In this document: in pieces, positions 44,301-55,403 of the stretch | Layout of the letters: each line of letters opens with the position of its first letter | How positions within the stretch are numbered: position 1 is the first letter of the stretch | DNA from: Lobosporangium transversale | Lineage: Eukaryota | DNA: 64,000 nt | Assembly (NCBI RefSeq): GCF_002105155.1 | Contig: NW_019029002.1 | Span: 434,001 to 498,000, forward strand | Direction: 5' to 3' | Position numbers and translations under genes: made by a program | The notes under the pieces: model-generated | Seen by the model: only the letters and a program-made list of their open reading frames with translations | What the model was told of the DNA's origin: nothing | Database searches by the model: none

Positions 44301-44729
44301 AATGTAGGATTGAGCGGCAATGGGTTAAGCTCTGGCACTAGTACTCTTAGCACTCCAATAGCATCATCTTCTACATCCTCATCCTCATCAACCATCAAGA
44401 GCCCTCTTGAGATATGGCTAGAGCGTGTGGAACAGTGTAAAAACCAGTTGCCGGAAGGCGTACTACTAACATTGTTTGAGTCTGCAGAGGAGCTGAGGGA
44501 ATGTCCGATTGTGCGCAAAATGTTTAAGAAGTATGAAGAGGGCAATGTGACCAAAGAACAGCAGCCGCAGAAGAAAGATGAGGATGGTTTGGTGAAGAGT
44601 GAGGAAGAGAACGAGGAAGAGGAGAGCGATGAGAAAACCCCAACAATTCATTCGACGACTATGACCATAGAGTCTGTATCGAGCAACAGTCAATGCGAGT
44701 CGATTTCAAGCGTTAACAGTCCAATTTGA
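39857..44729 (+). CDS. app1: App1-like phosphatidate phosphatase (HAD-like APP1 catalytic domain) with large low-complexity insertions, ~1368 aa; exons 39857-40583, 40864-40950, 41330-42884, 42992-44729
   Basis: CLLFPTYA, WNIRVCGWAF, GISIISDIDDTIK (DxDxT), HYVSNSPWQL, DFPDRKFILVGDSGEMDLEIY and IFIRDIT are App1-family motifs. Three GT-AG introns join in frame. The start codon is the first plausible ATG. Confidence 0.88.
41680..41820 (+). repeat. Coding 12-bp tandem repeat (CAGGATCARCAA)n encoding (QDQQ)n inside the App1-like gene
   Basis: Visible directly; ~10 units. Confidence 0.9.
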
Positions 44730-46399
44730 ACTGCAATGGGGAACTATGAGCATGCACATGGACAGTGGAATAGACTAGAGAAGATTAGTTGAAATGTTTT
44801 TGTAGTAAGTGAAAACAATATACACAAATACATATACCCTTCTTTACATTTACACATCCATGAATAGCTTCCGACCAGATAATACACGGCTATGAGAACC
44901 CAACACCAAAACATGGTCATTTGGTCACAAAGAATTAAAATGTGATACGTTCTTTTTAGATAGAACATGTTCCGTGACCAAATGACACCACAGTGTTCAG
45001 CTGCTATTTGGTTGTACATAGCCGCCGCTGAGATCTCATTACTAACTTAGAGAACCTCTAAGAATTATAATAGTTGTAAAGAAAAACCAGAACAGTAAAC
45101 GAATTCAACAAATCAATAATGTTAAAGATTGTATTCAGGTTTCAGTACCTATCCTAGGCCACTGGCTCACCAAAAGAGCAAAGGCCATGAACTAAAAAAT
45201 GACAAAAAAAAAAAAAAAAAGGCGTAGGAATAATGATGAAGGCACGACTTTAAAAAAGAAAAAAACAATGCATTTATTTTATTCCGCCATCTATAATAAA
45301 ACAAAAAAGGAAGGAGAGGAGCTACACAGGGAAAAGGAGCTTCACAACACGTTTCCAAGGTAAACAAACAAAAAAAAAAAAGGCCAGTCGAGAATGTGTG
45401 TCTAATCCGCCGCAGAAAACCAAAGGCTCGAGTGCGTTTACATATGATTTGCTACTCCAAGCCTACTTAATTTATGCCTTAATCCGCTTAACTGGTTTGT
45501 AGTGTCGAGAAGTTCAAGCAATTTGTATTTGGACTTTTTAAGGACTCTAAAACGAAAGATGGAAACAGATTTAGAAGGCCATTGAAAATTCGCAAAGTCT
45601 ACATATAAAGAGAAAGCTATACGTCTAAAGTCATATCGAAATGGCTTTTAACAAGTTTGATGAGTTTCATTTAGACTTTCACAGATTAAATGGACTTGTT
45701 ATATGAGTAGATAGTATTTCAAGAATCTCTTAAAGGAAAATTGCACATCTATTTTTTTTTTTTTTGTTTTGAGAACATCCTCTTTATCTGTTCGATGCGA
45801 AAAGCTACTTTGCTTCCTTGTATTTCTTGTGCAGCAATTACCACACTGGATGCCGTTGTTATGTCATTACTTTCTTCCGTTGTGGATAAAGGTCATAAGA
45901 GGTGGGATTTTTTTTTTTTTTTCTTTTTTTTTGGGGGAGGGAATGTAGGCGTAATTGAGTGTGTCTGTAATTTCATCCCTGTGCTCTCCATAGGTCAGAT
46001 GAACTGGCTCATGCAGGCTTTGGCATCATGCAATCTGCCCAACCAATGAAATAAGTGGCGCTTTGGCCTTTTACTTCCCTCCCACTCGCCCTTCCCATCC
46101 TATCACTCTCGCGTAATTCGTGTGGAGAAGCGCGCGTTGAGAAAACGTCTCCAAAATTACTATGGGTTGGCAGCTTTGTCTCTTTGATGTTGCCAAAGTC
46201 GAAAAATATCTCTTTTATCAACGCTAATACCAACTTTTTTCTCTTCCTTTCTCTCGTTTTTTTTTTTTTTTTTTTTTTTTTTTTTCTTTTCTTCTCTCTT
46301 TCTTCTATCTCACTTCCGTGCTTCTTCCTCGAAACCCATCACTTCTCCCTTATTCAATTTGCTGACCACTCCACAGATCATACCTCTCTTCCTTCCCCA

Positions 46400-47458
46400 A
46401 TGGCCAGAGTTTACCAGGAATGCATAGCTGTTTCAGCTACCGATGATTCCCCACTCGCGAGAAAAACTTTCCGCATTGAGACTCGATTCGACTCCGTAAC
46501 AGGTGATCGGGTTGTTTTATGGAGAGATATCCTACGAGTGTGCGAACATGCCAAATACATCATGGATGGTTCCGCAGTCATTCCTTTTATGACTGACAGC
46601 TCTCTTGAAGAGTAAGCTGGCCTTGTTCGAATAATCAACTTTATCCAATGTTTTTATTTTTATTTTTATTTTATTTTATTTTATTTTTTGCTAGACATAA
46701 CGCCACTAAGAGACGCGTCTCTCCTTTTGTTTGTACTATAAATATGCATATTTATATATAGTCGTACTCCACTAAGATTTAAGCATCGACCAGATACCAC
46801 CGTGAGGATAGTAGCTAAGAAGCCAAACCTCACTAACAGCGCAGGTCAAGAGACATCTTCGGCAGGGACCAATGGCCCTAAAGAGGCTAATGCGGGGCAG
46901 GCCGAGACGACATCCACATCAGGAAAAGGACAAGACCAACAGGCATCAGCGGATGACTCTGGTGATTCTAATAATTCTGATAACTCTGACTCTGACTCTG
47001 ACTCTGACTCTGACTCTGACTCTGGTAACTCGAAGCCTGACATCAGAACACTTCTTTGTTTCTTAATGGAGCTTCGCCGGGAACTGAGAGCCCTGGATGC
47101 AATGGAGTCAGGAGCCACGCCTCAAGAGATAGATGAGATAGATTCAGAGTATCAAAAGAGGATAAATGAGCTGCAAGGAAACCAACAGGGGTTATTTCGC
47201 CTCCAAAAAAAAGCGAAGCGCATTCAGAAGGCATGGCGAGATGAGCTGAAATTGTTGAGGCAAAAACGAGAGCAGCTACAGAAATTGTATAAGAATAGGC
47301 CTCAATCAAATCAGAAGCCAAAAGAGCCAGAGAAGACGGAAGATGATGGATCGCAGTTAGAACGAAAACTAGCTCAGCTGCAAAAGACAGTAGATCAGCT
47401 GAACAAAAAAGTAGAGGAGATGGAAGGAGGCAAAAAAGTACTAGTGGTTAATCTCTAG
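46400..47458 (+). CDS. Hypothetical protein, ~302 aa: Mortierellaceae-type N-terminal 'header' domain, Ser/Asp repeat linker and C-terminal coiled coil; exons 46400-46611, 46762-47458
   Basis: MARVYQECIAVS...RIETRFDSVTGDRVVLWRDI...GSAVIPFMTDSSLE(D)|RTPLRFKHRPDTTVRIV. GTAAGC...ATAG phase-2 intron joins in frame. The N-terminus aligns with that of the 50017 gene. Confidence 0.8.
46985..47023 (+). repeat. Coding hexamer repeat (TCTGAC)6 encoding (SD)n
   Basis: Visible directly. Confidence 0.9.
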
Positions 47459-49169
47459 CCAGAAATGTGTTGCTACAACTAAACCCGTTATAATAAACGC
47501 AGCATCGCTACGTCCCTTAAAGAAGGAGAGGGATGAGCTTTCGGTGTTAACGATAGCATTTGGTACTCTTTAAAATGTATTTAGTTTACTGACTATTCAC
47601 TCTAACTAACGTTAAGGTTGGGGAGCGTTTGTATTGTCAAAGGTGTAAACTCCATCAATATTACATGTATCTTTATAGATATAACGCTCACTTTCATGTG
47701 GTTATAGGCCAGTGTACATGACTTTTACCCACATTCATCAATGCCCTTGGAGCATCTTTTTTTTCCTATTCTCACGCGTCTACCAGAGATGATTTCCAGC
47801 GATAGTTAAGAAGGATAAAGGCCCTTTACTGATACGAAAAAAGAGGTCATATTCATGTATCTCTTGTCGTCGTGAATCAATTATTAAAAAGGTTTCTTCA
47901 TACAGTGTCCAGCTGTTGGGTATTAGACTCCGGATCCCTCCAGATCTAAGAAAACCATTTGTCAAAATGAATGGGTTTTTTGTACAAAATGTCATATGTA
48001 AAGTAGTGTGCATTAAGCCATAGTTACGCATTCTTCTCGATATTAGTTCTAGGCCTAAAAGGAAGGCTTCAAGGTATGCAAAGTCAACGGCACTTGCGTG
48101 GGAGTTGGAGTATTGAAAAGAGGTCAGGGCTACCAAAAAAAAAAAAAAAAAAAAAAAAAACTGAGTGGTTTCATTCAAACGGAATATGTAACTGACCTCT
48201 AATATAGGGTCCTCAACGACTAAACCTATAGGACCTTGTGGCCTCCAGGTGATACGGCCCACACACTCAAACCAACCAATCTCCAATACCTGTCTTTACC
48301 AATAATAAACCTTATGTCCTCATGTCAATCTTTAGGAATAATGAACTGAATATATCAGGAGATCTGACGACGATAGATGCAAAGCCCGTATTCCCACTAA
48401 AAGCAGATATAGTAGTAATAGTTACCATATGCAAAGCCCTTCGATGATATCATCCACTCTCGGACCGCCATAGCTCGGAGGGCTTGGCGAAAGTATCGAA
48501 GTTCCAGTGACCAATGTTTGAGGCGATGGGAATATGTTGCTGAGCAGACATGTTGTGCCACCCGTGAATCTTCTAAATGTTAGCTCTAATACTTTGCGGC
48601 AGTATATGGAAAGATCTTTGAAGCGGGATACTTAGAAAAGATTAGTGGAGTCAATCGCGTTCAAGTCAAGGTTCCAAAGCTTTGGTGCCATTGTGAAAGT
48701 ATAGGAGTTAACACACATATACAAAAAAAAAAGCCCTTGAATCCCACAGACTGAATGCACCCATTATTAATGGGGTCAACAAACGAACAAGATTTGTTGC
48801 TCCAAACTCGCAGAAATCATCCTATTCAAATCGAGCTCTCGGATATCGTGTACTTAAGCTATTGATATATAAAGAATACTTTGCTAGCGGTGATCATGAG
48901 ACAAGCCCTATTGCCACCATATCTTTTTGCCATAATAATGACCGTTGGCTACAACAAATCCTTGAGATCGCGTGCCCCGGCCCCCCACTACATTTTTGCC
49001 ACATCTAGTCAGTCTGGAATGTCAACATGAGCCAATGGAAGTATGACTATACCGACGGCAAGGCTAACGTCATGTCATTATTGTTAAAGCTCAAGTAGAC
49101 TCGGGTCAATAAGCTGATAAAAGGAATGACAGCAGATAAAAAAAAGTTTTCTGGTGCCTTACTTGTGAT

Positions 49170-49620
49170 ATGACTTATATAAACAATGCGGCGACCACAG
49201 TTATCGTCGGAATGCATCTCACAGGTGTGAAAGGCGTGGACATCGCATTGAAACACTGCGTGCCCCTATCAGCAGTTTGTCACATTACTAAGGCATATCA
49301 TGAAAGGGGAACTACTGCTCGCGCCCCAACTCCAGGACGCCAAAAACTGCTCAATGCTGAGGACGCCAGAAGCATTGCGCGCCATAGTAAGAGGGGAAAG
49401 AGGGGTACTATTCAGGAGATCGTCAACTTATTGCCAAAAGAGTAAGAGAATAGTTTCAGAAGCGCTGCATTACTTAGGCATTTTCGGGTTGTTATCCTTA
49501 AACCATTATTAAGCGCGGATCACATAGAGAGGCGATTGAAATTCATCAAAAGATACAGGAGTTGGTCTAAGGAAGACTAGGGTCGAGTGGTTTGGTCCGA
49601 CGAGTCATCTTTTGAAGGTT
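49170..49620 (+). mobile_element. Degenerate Tc1/mariner-family transposase fragment (paired HTH region to first catalytic Asp), pseudogenised
   Basis: IVGMHLTGVKGVDIA...V..ITKAYHERGTTARAPTPGRQKLL (HTH plus GRPR-like linker), then past in-frame stops KPLLSADHIERRLKFIKRYRSWSKED*GRVVWSDESSFE (Tc1 WSDES motif at 49593-49607). The rest of the DDE domain is missing. Confidence 0.85.
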
Positions 49621-50016
49621 GATAAAGTGGAGGAGGCTAAAGGAAGGAACACTCGTTATTGAACCCACATAATGTTTCTCTCAGTCACTTAATACATCCC
49701 AGAAACTTCAGTAAATAGATATATCAACTCTTTGACAAAAGTGTAAACTTTCATTTTGCTTGATAAAGCCTTTGCTGGTAAGCTACATAAAATAAAAGCC
49801 AAAGAGTTCGCACATAGAGGTCAAAGAGCCGGCATATGGAACATGAAACAGTGTGGCAGGGCAATAGGGGAGGCGGCTTGTATAAACGTCACATTGCGGT
49901 TATAGGGGTAGCAAAAAGTTTCCCAGTATCAACTCTTTTATTTTTTTTTTTTAATAAAACACCTTCGTCCTTCATCCTCTTCCTTCTGTATCATATCTGT
50001 GCCTTCGAATAAAATC

Positions 50017-52231
50017 ATGATCTCCGAAGGAACCACTATTTTGCCTATGCAGCCATTCATGGCCGTGTCACTTGTTGATCATTCTCTAATCTCAGGGACT
50101 GTTACCCGCATCCAGGTGCGGGTTGACGCCAAGACAAGCGAATATATTATTTTACCTGAAGACATCACAAACGCCTTCAAGGAGTTTGAGTACCTTGTGG
50201 TTGGCTCTTCTGTAATATCACAGATGGAGTAGGTTGAAACATCGATGTGGATTTGGTCTTTAGAATCTACCTATTTATCAAATTTAAAATAGAGCATTTA
50301 TGCCCAACCTGACATCGGATAATCTGTTTTATTCATCTACCTTCTGAAGCCTTTTTATTTCACAGAAAATTAAATATCAGCCAGGAATCATTATAAAGGT
50401 TGCGATTCGAAGAGCAGACGACGTCTCCAATCCTCCTGCGCCTATCAGTAGGGCGCTCGACAATTTGGTACTGAAGGCTCACCAAAAACAACAAAGTGAG
50501 GTCAAAACCCCGGAACAGACAAAAAACCAAAGTTTGCTTGACCATATTCATGTTTTGCAAGAGCAAGTCCTTCAAATACGGCAAGTGATGGAGGATAAGC
50601 AACAAGACATATTAATGATGCAAATTCAGGCCCATGCGCTTATTACACAGACATACGAGTTCCGCGAGTGCCCAATTCCTCGGTTGTTCATCGTCCTCCC
50701 AAGGCCTACAGGACTTCTTGAAAGGCGAAGATGGCCATCTGAAAAGCAGTTTCGACTATTCTATCTTTGTGAATGTAGTGGCCACTTAATAACCTCCGGA
50801 GGCAGAGTTCCGTGTCATATCCATTTAGTCAAGCATGAAGGCTATGATATCGATAGACCAGCGGAGTTTTTTGAGAAGTATGGGGCTTACGTATTGACCA
50901 TACTTCTGATATTCAAGCACGGCATCTTTACTGCCGATGCTATCGTTCCCCCACTAGCCAAGGTCGACATTTCAGAGTGGCTCGAAGCAGTTCAAGATGT
51001 GCTGAAGTTACCAACAGGAGGCATTGTGCCTCTAGTGGATGAGTCGATCAGCTATATTAAAAAAATCCAGCAGAACAGCGGTCGTGCGCTCCACTCGACC
51101 ATGAGCGAAATAAAATTTGAGGGCCTCAAGTACCATAACGGCATAGACTCAAGGCAGCTTGAGTCGTTTTTACGAGTCAATCGTGCAGTCCGGGCCCTTG
51201 GCAACATGTATCGCATAGTCACATCTGAGGGTCATGTCAAATGGGTATGTGCTGATCATTACCACGGCAAAGGCAAGGAGACAGCATCACGACAGCTTAT
51301 GAAGGTTATCAGTAATAATGATGGAGGTTACAACGCACAACTTGGCAGCGTTCGGATAACTATCAGATCTGCGGAAGAGACGAATCGGTTTTATAAAATA
51401 ATAGCCAAAGAGAAAGATATCCAGGAGTTGGATATTACATTTGCCTGTTCGCTGACAACGTATGGCTTTTATGAACTTCTCAAGGCTGTCGCTGCATCAA
51501 AAATTACGCGCCTCGCCGTAGATTGGGATTATACCAAAGGAGAGGATGGCATTTCACGGCTAACTATATATGCGGTTGCTACGGCAGTTGCGACAATATT
51601 CGGTATTCCCATCGGTCTGACAATTTGCGGGCTCATCATATCCGTACTGGTGGAATTAGTATACGATATTGTATTCTGGAAAACGCTGCTGGGGCCCAGG
51701 AATAGTGAAAACATTCAAATATTGTATATTAATCACCCCCCAAGGCTTTTCACTGATTTGCTCCATTCCTCACTACTAAGGGGGCCTAAACTCCGTTCTC
51801 TTATTCTAACTGATTGTGACTTCCGCGATGCTTATGACGAGACTAATCTTGAAGGCCTCCTGGCTTACTACCCAGCCCTTGTTGAACTGCGGATTGGGAA
51901 GCTTCGCCCTGGTACGACTCTCGAATATTTACTAGGTGGTAACTTGCCTATGCTTCAAACACTCGAGACCCTACAGCTTGAATACGGAGACTCAACTATT
52001 TTACAAACAAAATACTCGAAAGGCAAGATCTTGGAGTCTAAGTTAGAGATTGTCGAGATCAATGTGAAGACAGTAACTTATCATTCCGCTATTATCTATG
52101 GAGGCCAGCTAACCGGCCTAGTTGTCAATAAATGGATCCAGCCGCACGAATGGACAACACTTGAAGCGATCATATCCAATAATCCGAGAATCTCCTGTAT
52201 CACCTGTGATTCAAAGCCAGAGCTGAAATGA
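50017..52231 (+). CDS. Mortierellaceae-expanded protein: N-terminal header domain, coiled coil, conserved 'PRLFIVLP...LCEC...GNxYRIVTxEGHVKWVC' domain and RNI-like leucine-rich repeats (~690 aa); exon 1 from 50017 to 50211 or 50228, exon 2 from 50366 or 50350 to 52231
   Basis: Long ORF 50465-52231 extends upstream in frame to KIKYQPGIIIKVA, and exon 1 is homologous to the 46400 gene. LRR-like units: IQELDITF, ITRLAVD, LRSLILTDC, LVELRIG, LETLQLEY. The intron boundaries have two in-frame solutions. Confidence 0.8.
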
Positions 52232-52876
52232 TGCTCCAAGATCAAAAAAAAAGAGCTCTGCTTGCATCTTGTAATAATAAAGGCTAAAGGGATTTTTTTT
52301 TTTCTTTTTTCAATTTGACGAATTTATGTGCTTATTGGGAATGCCTGGTCACAAGAGAAGTTATTTAGCTTTACGTAGTGGAGTAATATTACACCACACC
52401 TATATATTGACTCCCAGTGGATATGAGACAAACATGTGTATGAAACAAGCTGCCACTTGATGGTGTAGCATTCTACTGAGAATGATTTGGCTACGCAATG
52501 GGGTAACTTTCAAGGCATAGTCCATGAAAATGGCTCAAGGCTAAATAGGCCACGTGGATAGATATATGAAGATCTATTTGAGCTGTCCCCGCAAGCAACA
52601 GTAAGTAGGATACATCCAGTGTAATCATTTGCGTTGGACCATTGCGCCCCTTTTGATGTGATACCATGAAGCAACATTGGCATTCATTGTCGCAAACGAG
52701 CACGAAAGCGAATGGCAATGAAAATAGATTATGAAAGGACACAAACATATTTTGTTGGTATGAGTCCATTTATTTTATTTTAGATAAATTCTACAATTAT
52801 AGATATCGCCCTTTTCTCCATGAACTTTTGTCATAAGTTATCATTGCAAACCGTCTCCACAATAATTGTTTTTTCC

Positions 52877-55403
52877 TTAGTCTCTTGGCCAGAGATTGAG
52901 TTCCTGGAAATCTGTGATGATCTCGCGCAAACTCTCGGTAGTCAGCTTGGGATGCTCGTATTTGAACCCCGTGGTCACACAAATCTTGCTGCCATCCAAT
53001 GAAAGCGCGTTATTACATAACAGTTCTGGGTCCAAATAAGGTGTCAAAGGCGATGTTTTAATATTACGCTCTTTCAAAAGCTCCGCCCATGGTGCTAAAT
53101 GCATGTCGTTTGTCTCGTCCGCCACTTCTTTCATATCGATCAAATCAAGCTAAAAAATGAAGTAAAAAAAAAAAAAGTTAGATACGTTTCTCAAAGGCGG
53201 CATTCATTACTGCTTATTCATTTTATTCGTTCTCTTTTGAGCCTATATTCCCACCTTTTGTGCGACGTTTGTAAGGAATGACGTTCCCTTGAAACCAGTT
53301 TCGATGCCAAAGATGGATCGAATGTGTGTGTTGACGGCTTCTTGGTCTATGCCATTACAGTAAAAAAAAAAAAAAAAAAAAAAAAAAAGACGCGGGATGA
53401 GCAACAGGGGATGAGTCAGTTAAAGAAAGTTTTTTATGCAATACTCAGCTTACTGGTATCATTCTCGTCAGCTAAGTTGAAAATCACAGGTGAGCCTGGC
53501 TGCGGGTTGTCTGAACTCACGTACCAGTTGGCAGTATGCCAGACTGCGCGCACAACGTCGTTAACATGCACAGTGTTGATCCTCAAATCCTCAGTCCACA
53601 AAAACTCCATCTTTTTGCCAAGATGCTTGTAAACTCGGCCACAGATCAAACGAGGGGCTAAAATATGGTATTTAAAAGATAACTATGGCATTAGTTTTTC
53701 CTGTGCGAATGAGGGATGAAGAGAAAGAGAGCTGTATGCTTGCAAGAAAAGACCTACTAAGGCCACCCATGGCTCCAACCCCATAGACCACTGCAGGACG
53801 CAAGATAACCAAGCTCAAACTAGGAAGATCGAAAAGACATGACAGATGAGAATAATACTCGTTAGCACAGACTGCCTTTTCGATTGATTGGGTTAAAAAA
53901 GATGGTAATTGTAAAAGCCCTTTACCCAGGCATGTTTTGAAGCTCTTCATCGACTTTTAGCTTATATTTCGCAAGAACGTTCCATGGTTTGGTTTTTGAA
54001 TCTTCTTTACTTGCTGTCTATTTTTTTTTTTTTTTAAAAAAAAAAAATCAATCCATGGATCCATAGTAGAGATGTTTCTGTTCTTTTCTTAAATCGAATA
54101 GCAGATACATATTCGCTCATCTTTCTTCATCATCTCTTATCCAATATCCTTACCCCATTGCTTTCATAGATATCGCCTGTTGACAGTTGAATAAAGACTT
54201 TGGCCTGTCTCTTAACGGCTTCCTTTGCGCAATTGATCGACAGCTTGTAAATACGATCCTCGTAAATCTTTTCGAATTATCGCAAAGGTCATATGGATGT
54301 ATTCAATATGTAATTAGTTATTAAGGCCGTTGCATTTTCTAATGGGCTCGAAAGCATTATAACAAATGCCTCTCCTCTTAAACAATCCCGTTGTTTATTT
54401 GGACATTGGTCAAGGAAGCAATTACTTGAGAGCTGATACGAGAGACACAGTCGCGTACTTATGCAAGAGGCATATTAAGATTGGAACCTCCCATCCCCAT
54501 CCCTTTCTCTTCCCTTCATTTTTTCTTTTCCAGTATGCAGCATGAGAGTTGATTCAAAGAGTATAAAAGAAGTAATAGAAAAAAAATACCATTGTGGGCC
54601 CTCTTTCCCTTCCCCTTTTTCAAACAAAAAATGTATAATTGTATCCCTTACTTATGCAGTCGTGTGCATTATGTTATTGGAAATTGACAATCTTATTGTG
54701 CAACAGATATTTCATATAATTATATAATTGATAATTGACAATCTTAAAAGCATCTTTCTCCTTTTTTTTCAGCACCCTTTATTTTCGTCGTTGCCCCTTG
54801 TGTCCATCCCATCCAATAACGTTTGCCAAAAAGATCTTTGGCCCTTCATGGCCTGCACACCATGCATGCCATGCAGGAATATAAAATAAAAGACGTAGTA
54901 ACGAACATCATAAAAACGGGAGAGCAAGCAGATTAGATCTAAGAGATGTCGAATTGTCTTTTTTCTTTTTTTACCTCTGCAAGCTGCGAAAATTTGGTCT
55001 CGGCAGCAAAGTTGATCACATAGTCAAAAGATGAGCCGTCTGCACGAGTATAGATCTTTTCAAACTTTTCTGGGGGAACTATTAAATTTTTTACAAGATC
55101 GAAGTAAAAAAGAAGGATAAGGATACGTGTATTTTTTTTTTTTTTTTTTTTTTTTAATTTCCATCGAGTTTATTCTATAAGTTACATTTTTTTTTTCTTA
55201 CTTGTATTAGAAAGGTCATTTTGCATGAACTCTACTTTTTCAAAAGCAGCTTGAAATCGTTGGTTAAAATAGGCGGTTTCTGGAAGAACTTTGTCAATGA
55301 CACGGATCTCTGCAGCCAAATCATTCTCGACTAGATATGCAACAAAGTTTCGACCGATGAAGCCAGCACCTCCGAGGACCAAAACTGTTGGTTGAGGAGC
55401 CAT
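52877..55403 (-). CDS. NAD(P)-dependent epimerase/dehydratase-like (extended/atypical SDR), ~380 aa; exons 55403-55202, 55078-54975, 54267-54154, 54017-53926, 53819-53758, 53657-53454, 53346-53255, 53149-52877
   Basis: VLVLGGAGFIGRNFV Rossmann motif, FDYVINFAAET, VILRPAVVYG, TVHVNDVVRA, IFNLAD, LSLDGSKI. Seven GT-AG introns give 1143 nt in frame. Confidence 0.92.

Noticed and set aside
46055..46399. Upstream part of the 186-aa ORF
   Set aside because: Poly(T)/CT-rich leader; homology to the paralogue starts at ATG 46400.
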